IMG/VR virus record: IMGVR_UViG_3300021432_000002
Coordinates: 124-64,123 of that record
Source of the DNA: a virus
Taxonomy: Duplodnaviria > Caudoviricetes
Length of the DNA: 64,000 nucleotides
Strand: one strand, 5' to 3'
A program made the position numbers and the translations under genes. Positions 45,063-54,028 of the stretch are shown piece after piece. Position 1 is the first letter of the stretch, and each line of letters starts with the position of its first letter. Below the pieces are notes generated by a model that saw nothing but the letters and a program-made list of their open reading frames with translations, was not told the DNA's origin and did not search any database.

Positions 45063-46630
45063 GCGGCACCTTCCTTTTCCGGCTGATGGTGCGGCTCCCT
45101 CTTCTTGTACTCCCCCGAGCCGAGCGGATCGCGGCGAATCTCTTCTCCACCATAGCAAATTTTTACGCAAGAACAAGTAGTGGGATATTCGCAGGCGCGC
45201 CTCGTCATTGGGAACAGCACGTTTAACAGATGCCGCTTCTCCCCCTCGTCGCTCGCCGCGGCCACTCGCGCCACGCCCTCCGCCACTCTCACTTCCTGGG
45301 ATTCCACCTGCTCGATCCAGTCCCGCAGCTCGTCGTCGTTGCGGTACACGATAATGGGAGGAATGAAGATGGCGTCGAGCGGGTGCTCCTCCAAGTATCC
45401 TGTCACCTGGGCCTTGCTCGACCACCCACGTTCGGTCGTGCCGTCCTCGCCCATCGTCATCACCGATTCGTCGAGCATGGTAATCCAGTCCTTGACTGGA
45501 ATGTGCTCGAACACGGGCGCCGACTTCCAATTCTTATAATACAACTTGGAAGGCTCCCCGGTTTCCTTCACATAGTCCCAGGCGACGTTGAACTGGTCGT
45601 CGCCGGCCATCATGCCCGGATTGTGATACGCCCTCACCAATGGCGACCGCTGGCTCCTGACTTCGACGCCCAGCTTCGCACTCAATTCCTTGTCCGTCCA
45701 CCTGTCCCCCTTGAGGAGGTATTCGTAGCGGATACCCATGATGCGGGGCGGGGCCACGCAGGAGCGCAGGAACTTCCACATCTCCGCTGAAGGCGACTCC
45801 TTGCCCCATTGCCACGGCTCCAGCGGTTGCGTCTGTGCGCCTGCCCACCACTCGTTCAGACGTTTCTCGACCTCTACTCCCTCACTCAATCCCTGCATAT
45901 CCCGCTTGGCATCCTCGGCCTTCCGGCGGTCCCACTTCGCCGCCGTCTTGAAGGAGAGGATATAGAGTTGATTGGACTCGCGCTCGCGGAGGAGGGCGTC
46001 GGGGCGGGACATGAACCAAATCTGTTCCTCAATGTCCACGCGCGTTTCCATGTCGCGGTAAGACTTCTCGGCGAGGCACCATGAGCCTTCCCGCTCCACC
46101 TCCAGCACCTCGTACTGCTCCAGCAACGGCCTCAGCCTCCTCCTGGCGTACGCCCTCACTAGCCCTTCCACTAGAGCGCTCTGTTCCGCGTACAGATACT
46201 GGTCGAACTCACTCCTGGCCCGCGTGATGGTTTCCGCCGCGACGCCCGCTAGTTCCGAATCCTTCGTGGCGAGGGCGTCATTCAACTGTTGGGTCATTTC
46301 CTGTGATTCCTCGCCGATGTCGAGGGCGAGCTGGAACTGGGCGAAGTCCGCGAGTGCGGCGTTGACCGCTCGCTGCTCGATGTCCTCCATGATGGCGTCG
46401 GAGCCTAGAATCCTGTCCGGCTTGGCAGCGAATGGTCCCTGCATATCTATATTGCTAGCGCTAGTCAAAAGAGAGGCGAGCCCAACGTGAACGGAACCCC
46501 CCACCGCCAATGGCAGAGGCTTACGCCTCCCCGTTATTCCCGTCCCCGCTTCGTGATACTCCAGCCACCGGAGCCGATTGCACCGCTGGAACGCTTCCGT
46601 CCTCGACCTGTCCGTCCACACTCGCTGCAT
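45059..46630 (-). CDS. Cas4/RecB-like PD-(D/E)XK exonuclease
   Basis: FQRC.R, GGSVH..L, EVE, SRPDALL, ILSFKT, C-terminal ACEYPTTCSCVKIC. Confidence 0.75.
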   Translation of the reverse strand: MQRVWTDRSRTEAFQRCNRLRWLEYHEAGTGITGRRKPLPLAVGGSVHVGLASLLTSASNIDMQGPFAAKPDRILGSDAIMEDIEQRAVNAALADFAQFQLALDIGEESQEMTQQLNDALATKDSELAGVAAETITRARSEFDQYLYAEQSALVEGLVRAYARRRLRPLLEQYEVLEVEREGSWCLAEKSYRDMETRVDIEEQIWFMSRPDALLRERESNQLYILSFKTAAKWDRRKAEDAKRDMQGLSEGVEVEKRLNEWWAGAQTQPLEPWQWGKESPSAEMWKFLRSCVAPPRIMGIRYEYLLKGDRWTDKELSAKLGVEVRSQRSPLVRAYHNPGMMAGDDQFNVAWDYVKETGEPSKLYYKNWKSAPVFEHIPVKDWITMLDESVMTMGEDGTTERGWSSKAQVTGYLEEHPLDAIFIPPIIVYRNDDELRDWIEQVESQEVRVAEGVARVAAASDEGEKRHLLNVLFPMTRRACEYPTTCSCVKICYGGEEIRRDPLGSGEYKKREPHHQPEKEGAA

Positions 46631-48131
46631 CGTCTTTCTCCTTTGCGAACCGCAATCCCTCGCTCGAAATGTACCTGAGTTCCCGCTTGGCCCGTGTCGC
46701 CGCAACGTAGGATAAGTTTGATTCTTGCTGCCGCTCCCACGCCTGCCTCGCCCACTTCGACGGCATGTAGAGGTCCGCGTCCAATATAAAGACGCGCTCG
46801 AATTCTAGTCCCTTGCTCTTGTGCACCGTCGAGCACGTCACCATGCCCCTCATGTCCTGTGACTCCCCGAACAGGCTGTTGATATTCTGTATGAGCGTCC
46901 CGACCCCGGCGTGCGGCCCGGCCTCGTCCATGAACACCCGGATGGTGGCGAGCTTGTCGTCCAGCGAGGCAATCTTGCTCGCGTTCCCCTTCGCCCGCTT
47001 CACCTCGCGCTCGCGGTACAGCTTCAACCTGTCGTCAAGGTCCGCGATGCCGCGAGCCTTCATCTTCTCGACCAGTTTCACAAGCCCTTGGCCGATGTCG
47101 CGCCCGACGACCTTCGCCGCAATCTTGTTCCTGATGAGCAGGAACGCAATGGCGATGACCGGAGCCGAGTTCCGGCACAGGATAGCATCGCCCGGCTGGA
47201 AGCTATTGACTAGCCAGTCCTGCGCGCACTCGACAAGGCCGTCCGGAGCCGCGTCGTGATGCAGGATGTGACTAACCCAGCGCCGCGCTTCCTTCACGAC
47301 GGCTTTGGGGCAGCGGTAGGAGACAGAGAGGGGAAGCCTGTGGCAGTTGAATCGCTCCTGTAAGAGTTCCATAGAGTCGTGCATCGCGCCGCGAAAGCCA
47401 TAGATGGACTGGTTGGGGTCGCCCACGACGACCACGCGCGTCTTATCGTGTCGCATCCGGCTCACAATCTCGGCCTGAATCCCATTCACATCCTGCGCCT
47501 CATCGACGAACACCACATCGGCCTTCTCGAACTCCACTCCCGCGATGATCGGCATGTAGAGCATGTCGTCGAAGTCAATCACGTCCTTGGCCCTGGCGAT
47601 GCTGGCGACCAGAACCTTCCGCACAAGGTCGAGATCCACCTCATCCGGATCAATATCATAGCGGTCGAACGCCTCCTCCCAGTTATCGAGCGTGTCCTGG
47701 GCGAGTCCGTGATACTGACCCTCCAATCCCTTCGGTACGAGCCCTCCCCCTTTGGCCAGCCCGACCAGCTTTGACATGGCCTGCGTCCACTCGCCCCAGC
47801 CCAATTCCATCTCATCCACGATGCCCCGGACCTTCTTGCCGTCCACTTCCATGTCGTTCGAGACTTCCCAGTTCGCTCTCTTCCAAGCACTCAACCCCAA
47901 TGAGTGCAACGTCTTGCAGGATGCGTTCGGCGCGGTGACCCGCCGCTTCAACTCGTCCGCGATGCTCTTGTTGAACGCGAGGAACACGACCGACTTATCC
48001 CGTGGGACGTGATTGATGGCCTCGACGATCGTGGTGGTCTTGCCGGAGCCGGCGACCGCTTCGATGATGAGGGAGTCCTCGGTGGATTCAATGGCCGAGA
48101 AAATATCCTTTTGGTACTGGGACCACTCCAT
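46521..48131 (-). CDS. UvrD/Rep SF1A helicase
   Basis: AVAGSGKTT, LAFNK, DFDDM, VDEAQD, VGDPNQSIYGFRG, SYRCP, STVHKSKGLE, YVAATRA. Confidence 0.92.
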   Translation of the reverse strand: MEWSQYQKDIFSAIESTEDSLIIEAVAGSGKTTTIVEAINHVPRDKSVVFLAFNKSIADELKRRVTAPNASCKTLHSLGLSAWKRANWEVSNDMEVDGKKVRGIVDEMELGWGEWTQAMSKLVGLAKGGGLVPKGLEGQYHGLAQDTLDNWEEAFDRYDIDPDEVDLDLVRKVLVASIARAKDVIDFDDMLYMPIIAGVEFEKADVVFVDEAQDVNGIQAEIVSRMRHDKTRVVVVGDPNQSIYGFRGAMHDSMELLQERFNCHRLPLSVSYRCPKAVVKEARRWVSHILHHDAAPDGLVECAQDWLVNSFQPGDAILCRNSAPVIAIAFLLIRNKIAAKVVGRDIGQGLVKLVEKMKARGIADLDDRLKLYREREVKRAKGNASKIASLDDKLATIRVFMDEAGPHAGVGTLIQNINSLFGESQDMRGMVTCSTVHKSKGLEFERVFILDADLYMPSKWARQAWERQQESNLSYVAATRAKRELRYISSEGLRFAKEKDDAASVDGQVEDGSVPAVQSAPVAGVSRSGDGNNGEA

Positions 48132-48159
48132 TTTGAACCTCCTGCGACTCACCGAGTCG

Positions 48160-48189
48160 GTTTTATCATAGCATGGGAATCCTTGTCAA
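48160..48189 (-). promoter_or_regulatory. Sigma70-type promoter for the helicase operon
   Basis: TTGACA-18-TAAAAC with extended TG. Confidence 0.55.
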
Positions 48190-48283
48190 GCTTTTTCTTG
48201 CATTATTTTACATGACTTGCTGTTATCGGTCCATGACTGGTGGTAAGTCGTTGAAAATAATTCGCTTGGCTATACGATTTCGC

Positions 48284-48312
48284 TTGACAGCCTACCCCCA
48301 CTATGAGGCATT
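48284..48312 (+). promoter_or_regulatory. Divergent promoter for the isolated + strand gene
   Basis: TTGACA-17-GGCATT with TG; AT-rich upstream region. Confidence 0.4.
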
Positions 48313-48410
48313 CTGCGCCTGCGAAGGTCGTGAAAGGACTCCGCCTGAGCAGCGGTTCTCGGAGTGAATCGCTGCTCGGGTCTCCTTCTCGGCCAGAAGG
48401 AGCCACTTTC

Positions 48411-49334
48411 ATGTGTACTAGCACATTTGTACCTGAATCACTTCCCCCCGCAATCCTCGCCTACCTCGAAACCCCTTACGAAGCCGACCACGCCCCCGGC
48501 CTGCCTCCAGAGTGTTTCCGCACCACCTACTCCCGCCAGCTCGCCCGCCACGATCTCCAAGACAAAGCCACCCGCGCGGACAATGAAACTTCCTACTTCC
48601 ACTGGTACCGCGACGCTGATCTCGCCACCTGGCGTCAGCACGCCGCGAACTCCATGCTCCGGACTATGCCCTATCACGCGAAGAAGCTCGCGGAGCAGCA
48701 GTACGTCAAGCACCTGCCGCTCGCTGACTTCCTCGGGGACACTCTCTCGCGTGTCACCTTTACCCTCCCCACGTGGGACGTGGAATCCTCCCAGCATCTC
48801 CTCAAGGTACTATTCGCCCTGACGAACCGCCTCCTGCCCAAGTCGCTCTCCAAAATTGCCTCGGCCAGAGAACTCCCCGCGATCAAGATCCTCCACACCC
48901 GCCCCATGACCCTAGACCTAGCCCGCAAGATACAGTCCGCCCTACCCCCAGGAGTGAAGTTCCAATACTCCAACCATCCCGCCACCGCCGTCCGCCAAGA
49001 ACTCCGGGCCACCACCGCCGCAGACCTGCCTTCCTCAGACACCCACCGCGCGGACCTCGAAGCCATCCTCGGCAACTCCCACCAAGTCCGGCTCCACAAG
49101 TTCTCAAAGGCGGAACGTCAGAAATTTGTATATGGAGGGGATGGTACCTATACAAATTTCCAAGAGGGTGATCCTCCGCCTGAATCCCCTTCCAAGGGCA
49201 AACGCAAGGGAAAAGTGGTCCCCAAGAACCCTGCGACGGGCAAGCCGGCGATCTGGCGGAGCAAAATGGTGGATGAGAACGTCCGAGGGGACGGCATCCC
49301 TGAGCAGGATTGGGTGCTAATCGGCTCGGATTGA
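48411..49334 (+). CDS. Isolated + strand hypothetical protein (possibly degenerate Rep/IS91-like)
   Basis: RBS AGAAGGAG; C-rich codon use; RVTFTLP motif. Confidence 0.65.
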   Translation: MCTSTFVPESLPPAILAYLETPYEADHAPGLPPECFRTTYSRQLARHDLQDKATRADNETSYFHWYRDADLATWRQHAANSMLRTMPYHAKKLAEQQYVKHLPLADFLGDTLSRVTFTLPTWDVESSQHLLKVLFALTNRLLPKSLSKIASARELPAIKILHTRPMTLDLARKIQSALPPGVKFQYSNHPATAVRQELRATTAADLPSSDTHRADLEAILGNSHQVRLHKFSKAERQKFVYGGDGTYTNFQEGDPPPESPSKGKRKGKVVPKNPATGKPAIWRSKMVDENVRGDGIPEQDWVLIGSD

Positions 49335-49406
49335 CCCTCCGAGACGCTCAAAACAACTCACATAAGGCCAGCAGGATCAAGATAAGGATGAACCATGCCC
49401 GTTTGC

Positions 49407-50312
49407 TCATCCCCTCCTCACCAACTCCTCGACCTCATCGAACCGCTCGGCAATCGCGGCCAGCGTCTCTCTGTGCTTTCGCTGGTTCGCGTTGGCCTCT
49501 TCCATCAAATCCTCGTCGACGATGCCCTCAATGGCCTTCCTGACCAGGGCCTCCAGCACACTCGGCTCCAGTGCGTCCAGTTCCCAACTCTCCCCTCCAA
49601 ATTCCTGAATGTAGGCCGTCGCCCGTGAGTCGGTAATCTTAGCCGGGTTGGGCGGAGGGTTGTACTTCTCTACCTGATCCATGTTCAGCGCCAGCCGCTC
49701 GAACTTCATGGCTCCGCGCGTGAACATTTCCAGACGGTCTAAAATATCCCGTGACATATCCTTGCCACTAGGGTCGTGGTCCCCGAAGTGGAACACGATA
49801 GGCGTCTGCTTTTTGCGCTTGTTCCTGAGCATTCTCTGAGCCGCACCCCACATCTCGCTCTGGCTTGTGTAACCGCGGCAGGACAAAAGAGGCACGTCCA
49901 ACTCTTCACAGACGCGCTCGAATACCCCCACTAAGGCATCCTTCTCAATCCAGACCTCCGGTCGATAAGTCTGGCCTTCCCACCTATCGATGTTGAACTG
50001 CTCGGACGTGGCGCGCACAATCTCCTCCGGCCCGGAGAAATGACTGAGCGTCCTGACCTCCCGCGTCCGGTCCACGATGGTCTCCCAGTCGATCATCCCC
50101 GCGAGCCGCGCGTCGTTCACAATGCTCCCCAAGTTTTTGTAATCCTTCTGCGTGTTGGGAATCAGGTCGCGGGAGACGAACTGGTAGTATAACTGCCGGA
50201 GCGTCAGGTCAAATCCCTGTCCCGCGTACTCCGCGATAATCTCGTTCGCTTTGGCTATCATGCCGAGCGTCGCTGGACGAAAGTTGAAATCCTTGTACTT
50301 GATCTTAGGCAT
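49407..50312 (-). CDS. Topoisomerase VI-A/Spo11-like WHD-TOPRIM protein
   Basis: TLRQLYY, ARL.G.I.W..I.D, EVWIEKDAL, RGY.S, GDHDPSG, ELDAL. Confidence 0.8.
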   Translation of the reverse strand: MPKIKYKDFNFRPATLGMIAKANEIIAEYAGQGFDLTLRQLYYQFVSRDLIPNTQKDYKNLGSIVNDARLAGMIDWETIVDRTREVRTLSHFSGPEEIVRATSEQFNIDRWEGQTYRPEVWIEKDALVGVFERVCEELDVPLLSCRGYTSQSEMWGAAQRMLRNKRKKQTPIVFHFGDHDPSGKDMSRDILDRLEMFTRGAMKFERLALNMDQVEKYNPPPNPAKITDSRATAYIQEFGGESWELDALEPSVLEALVRKAIEGIVDEDLMEEANANQRKHRETLAAIAERFDEVEELVRRG

Positions 50313-50575
50313 TAGCTTCTCTCCAATCCTTCCATCCTCAATAACTCCGTCTGAATCCGATAGCACGCTAGACAGTACAACTCCCGCCTCTTCCCACTGG
50401 CCCGGTCTACCTGCCTCCTATCCTTGCACACGCACACAATCTCATCCTCACAGGCCGAACACTGATGCGTGTGGACCTCCTGCCCGCGGTTCAACTTCTG
50501 ATACGTCTCTTCCAATAGGGATTGCAGGGCGTCGGACTCCCCTTCCTGGCGGAACGGCTGCCATTGGCCGCTCAT
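50312..50575 (-). CDS. Cys-rich hypothetical protein
   Basis: HQCSAC...CVC...CLAC; coupled to neighbours. Confidence 0.55.
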   Translation of the reverse strand: MSGQWQPFRQEGESDALQSLLEETYQKLNRGQEVHTHQCSACEDEIVCVCKDRRQVDRASGKRRELYCLACYRIQTELLRMEGLERS

Positions 50576-50694
50576 GGTGCCACCGGAAGGCTTAGCCAGA
50601 ACAAGAGGATGGCCCACAGCACGACCGCCGCCAAAAATACTTGGATAATGAAGAGGAGGGCGTTGCGGGCCAGCCGTTGCGAACGGGTGAGCAT
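50572..50694 (-). CDS. 40-aa single-TM peptide
   Basis: MLTRSQRLARNALLFIIQVFLAAVVLWAILLFW; TGATG coupling. Confidence 0.55.
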   Translation of the reverse strand: MLTRSQRLARNALLFIIQVFLAAVVLWAILLFWLSLPVAP

Positions 50695-50798
50695 CACAGC
50701 CACCCCCTCAGCCACACCGCCCACCTGACCGCCTGCCACCACCCCCAGTGATGATGCTCGCGGAGGATGCGGAACCATTCGCGGAGAGTGAGGTTCAT
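50694..50798 (-). CDS. 34-aa Trp/Arg-rich peptide MNLTLREWFRILREHHHWGWWQAVRWAVWLRGWL
   Basis: Hand translation; RBS GAAAGGAAGGTG; stop overlaps the next ATG. Confidence 0.6.
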   Translation of the reverse strand: MNLTLREWFRILREHHHWGWWQAVRWAVWLRGWL

Positions 50799-50958
50799 GG
50801 CGTCACCTTCCTTTCAAAAAGTCGGCCAGTGTGTACCCATGCGGGTTGAGAGCCATGTCACCTTTGTTGGGGCTACTATCCTGCCCATTTACGGAATGGC
50901 GTTCCTCAACACACTGGCCTAGTCACAGGGACTCCCTAGCTAGGTTCCCTGTGAATCT

Positions 50959-51741
50959 CTATACCCATGCAGGCGTCAGATCCGCATCTGGCAACGCCTC
51001 AATGAATTTGATTACATCGGCAGGCACGTCCTCTTTGCGCCATGCGGAGCCGTACTTGTACCCGCAGACCGAGCACGCGCGGCAAAGCAGACCGTCCGGG
51101 TGTTCTTCTGGGTAAAGCCATCCTAGCGCCTTAACCTCTGTCGCTCCGTGACTGTCTCCCTTGTAAAGTGATGTGCGCGGCTCATAATGCGCCGCGACGC
51201 CTTCCGGCAGTTCCGCACGGTGCCATTTGACCTCATAGGGCAGGAGCAGGTACTTTACGTCTGCGGGTTTCGGCTCGAATGTCTCCCCGCGTTCAGCGGC
51301 ATGTAGAGACGCCTTCTTTACCGCGTCCTGTCGTTTCCTTGTACTTTCCGTCAGGCGGAAAAAGTACAGCGTCGCCTTTTGCTCACTGAGTTTTCCCCAC
51401 CCTTGCTCGCGTTGATGCTCGCACATTGGGGATATATCGTTGAGGTGCCAGCGGTGCCACACGTCCAACAGGTCAAGCCACCTTTCACGATCCCAACCCG
51501 GCGCGAACTCAATCTGTTCCGGCGTCAGCGGTTTGTCGTACCTGTCATCATTATCCTCCGGGTTGCGGTGTGCGAACTCCATGCTAATCTGACCGCACCC
51601 ACCGACCGCATCCCCGTTACTCTTTGGACCAATGACGCCAGTCAGAGACAGCCGACCGTCTTTGTATTCGGCCTCAATGAACAGGCCAACCGGACGCCCG
51701 CCATACGGCGACACGTTCCCAACTCTCATAACTTTGTTCAT
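50959..51741 (-). CDS. Conserved early phage protein
   Basis: GGCGQI, WHRWHLND, C..CGYKYGSAW. Confidence 0.7.
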   Translation of the reverse strand: MNKVMRVGNVSPYGGRPVGLFIEAEYKDGRLSLTGVIGPKSNGDAVGGCGQISMEFAHRNPEDNDDRYDKPLTPEQIEFAPGWDRERWLDLLDVWHRWHLNDISPMCEHQREQGWGKLSEQKATLYFFRLTESTRKRQDAVKKASLHAAERGETFEPKPADVKYLLLPYEVKWHRAELPEGVAAHYEPRTSLYKGDSHGATEVKALGWLYPEEHPDGLLCRACSVCGYKYGSAWRKEDVPADVIKFIEALPDADLTPAWV

Positions 51742-51786
51742 GTGCTACACCTTTCGCGTGTGTGGCCGCCGTTTCCCAGTCGCGGC

Positions 51787-52128
51787 CTACTGTCCCACCT
51801 CAAATTGAAACCTTGCCTGCCCTACATACTGGTCCCACTGCGACCGATACAGCGTCGCAATCCTTCTATCCTGATTCGTCTTGATCGCCACCTGGTCAAT
51901 CCCCGGCTGCCTCAAGGCGTCCAATGCCGCGCGCCTTGCGACTCCCAGGCCGAACCAATAGAAGGATCCGAACCCCGGCCTGCCTGCACGCTCGCTAGTC
52001 TCCTGGTCAGGGTTCCACAAGTCATACCCGAATCCCTGACGGATGGTCTTGGCACGCTTGCCCTTGCCCTTGACTACCTCAGACGTGCCAAACACTGAGA
52101 TACGGAACGGATGTATTGAGGTATCCAT
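51787..52128 (-). CDS. Early hypothetical protein
   Basis: Operon spacing. Confidence 0.6.
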   Translation of the reverse strand: MDTSIHPFRISVFGTSEVVKGKGKRAKTIRQGFGYDLWNPDQETSERAGRPGFGSFYWFGLGVARRAALDALRQPGIDQVAIKTNQDRRIATLYRSQWDQYVGQARFQFEVGQ

Positions 52129-52129
52129 G

Positions 52130-52399
52130 TTACGCCTTGACCATTCTCGAATCGTCGTAGGTGACTAATTGCTTCGCGCCGTCCTCGACTGGCTCAGTGG
52201 AGCAGATTACGCCAATGAGACGGTCCTCAAGTGCCGTTTCGACGTTCCTGGGCAGGTAGCGCCAATGGTCATAGGCAATGTCAAAGTCGCGGGAGACTAA
52301 CACAACATTCCCCTCGACCGTGACAAAGTACAGGTTAGGTTTCTGACCGTCTCCAATGACTTGTGAAGCTAATCCCTCCAATAGTTCGATTCGTTGCAT
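52130..52399 (-). CDS. Early hypothetical protein
   Basis: RBS GGAGGG. Confidence 0.6.
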   Translation of the reverse strand: MQRIELLEGLASQVIGDGQKPNLYFVTVEGNVVLVSRDFDIAYDHWRYLPRNVETALEDRLIGVICSTEPVEDGAKQLVTYDDSRMVKA

Positions 52400-52468
52400 C
52401 GCATCCCTCCATTGTGGGAGTGTCTCCCATTCCGGCCACTATCCTCTAATGGCCGGCCAGCGAAACAC

Positions 52469-52735
52469 TCACCTCCGCGCGCGTTCTAGGTCACTCTCTC
52501 CTGACATAACCGTGCTGTACGTGTCCAGTACCGCGTCAAGGTGGGAAGCATAATCCGCGAATGGTCCCACTGGATAACCCTTTTCCGCCGTAGCTTCCAG
52601 CGCGTCTAACTGGCTCTCAATCTCGACCGCATCATCCCCTTGCAGGTAGACGCTAGCTCTGTCCTTCAATCGGGTAATTAGCGCATTGCCGAATCTGTCC
52701 GTTTGTACTCGGTAGATGTATCCTGTTCGCATCAT
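52469..52735 (-). CDS. Early hypothetical protein
   Basis: SVYLQGDDA motif; RBS GGAGGG; ATGA coupling. Confidence 0.6.
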   Translation of the reverse strand: MMRTGYIYRVQTDRFGNALITRLKDRASVYLQGDDAVEIESQLDALEATAEKGYPVGPFADYASHLDAVLDTYSTVMSGESDLERARR

Positions 52736-53262
52736 ATTCCCTCCGACACAAATTGCTTGCATTCACACTTCGGTGCACCGTCCCCCGTAAACGCATGGCA
52801 TCCCTCTGGGGGACTGTCTAACCCTCCGGTCAAGCTAGAATGACTGTACGCGGTATGACCACACTGGCAGGCACTAAGCATTGGAATGTACGCTTTGGGG
52901 GAATTGAGAGGGTACGCGGGATTAGGAACAAATGGAGACCATTTCCCCTCAGGCGATCGAAACATCACTGGCGCATCCCGCAACACTTCAAATGACTGCC
53001 ATCCCTCTCCGTCCAGTGACTTGTCATTTCCCTCTAGGACGTTCAGATAATCAAGAACAACATTCTCGCCATAGCAGGGGAATATCGCATAGATGGGACG
53101 CGGAGAGCCATACTCAGATGGATTGCTGTACTCGACGTGTACCCTCGACCGCGATACCTTGCTGACTCGGTACGTGTGGCAGTGACCGGAGACTTGCTGA
53201 CACATTGCTTCTAGGTTGCTGAGACTAACGACTCTAATCTTGCTGTCAGATTGCGTTTGCAT
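52732..53262 (-). CDS. First early gene, hypothetical, with C-terminal Cys/His cluster
   Basis: RBS AAGGGAG; CQCGH...H...C.....CECKQF. Confidence 0.6.
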   Translation of the reverse strand: MQTQSDSKIRVVSLSNLEAMCQQVSGHCHTYRVSKVSRSRVHVEYSNPSEYGSPRPIYAIFPCYGENVVLDYLNVLEGNDKSLDGEGWQSFEVLRDAPVMFRSPEGKWSPFVPNPAYPLNSPKAYIPMLSACQCGHTAYSHSSLTGGLDSPPEGCHAFTGDGAPKCECKQFVSEGI

Positions 53263-53307
53263 GGCGCATTCTCCCTTGTGTGTCTCGGGTATCCCGAGCA
53301 CTCTGCG

Positions 53308-53337
53308 AGTGTCTCACACTCCCCATTCACTTGTCAA
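53308..53337 (-). promoter_or_regulatory. Early-arm promoter
   Basis: TTGACA-18-GACACT with extended TG. Confidence 0.55.
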
Positions 53338-53394
53338 GAGAAAAGACAGTATCTACCAAAAATAGATTGAACTCGGCGTGCTCAGATGGGTAAT

Positions 53395-53715
53395 AATGTT
53401 ACAGAGTGTCGGGCAATCACGACAGATGTAACAAAAGGTTACGAAATGAATATGCAGAGGAATATGCAGGATGGGTGATTTCGTAACAAACTGTCGTCCT
53501 TAGCCGACAGTGACAAAAAACGTCACAATAATGACCGTAAGTGTCACTATGACTATTCCCGTCAGTACCAGACGAGAAGTGTCAGCGAGTACGGCTAGTA
53601 CTACTCTGTCCGCCATTGTCCGGAACCATTGTCCCGGCCATGAGGATGTAACGCGCCGTAACAATGTTACCGGACGTGACAGTAACGTTACTCCCTCCTG
53701 TAACAATGTGACATC
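53395..53715. repeat. Non-coding GTNAC array (origin/pac/terminus candidate)
   Basis: 15 GTNAC pentamers counted by hand in about 315 bp; direct repeats GAATATGCAG x2, CCATTGTCC x2, GTAACAATGT x2. Confidence 0.7.
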
Positions 53716-53921
53716 CCGCCCGCCGGCCAGGTCGATCGTCCCCGCGATGGTCATAGGCCGGGTGGCGCGAGTTGTCTGATAATGGAGGGGAGGATGACGG
53801 GTCCGTGATTTGGAGTCCCGTTCCCTCTCATCACGCCATTTTCATCATTTTTTATTTTCTTTGTATTCATGGGCTTACGACGATTTCCACTATTCCCGCG
53901 AGCCTGAGTGCAATTTTCCTC

Positions 53922-53950
53922 TTGACATGCTATCCGCGACGTGGGACAGT
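53922..53950 (+). promoter_or_regulatory. Promoter of the packaging arm
   Basis: TTGACA-17-GACAGT with extended TG. Confidence 0.55.
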
Positions 53951-54028
53951 GGATGGCAACTCGAATAGCAATGCCCCACAGGGGGAGGCGGCTTCTACTC
54001 TTAGGGAGAGCCGGACCCGCCTCCTCCA

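Noticed and set aside
30462-46630. Cas4-like genes as part of a CRISPR-Cas system
   Set aside because: No cas1/cas2 or array; solo Cas4-like nucleases are common in phage recombination modules
53395-53715. Possible CRISPR array or tandem iterons
   Set aside because: Repeats are only 5-10 bp and irregularly spaced; there is no repeat-spacer structure
53500-53779. ORFs 53510..53779(+) and 53500..53754(-)
   Set aside because: Val/Thr-rich translations are a by-product of the GTNAC repeats; no convincing RBS
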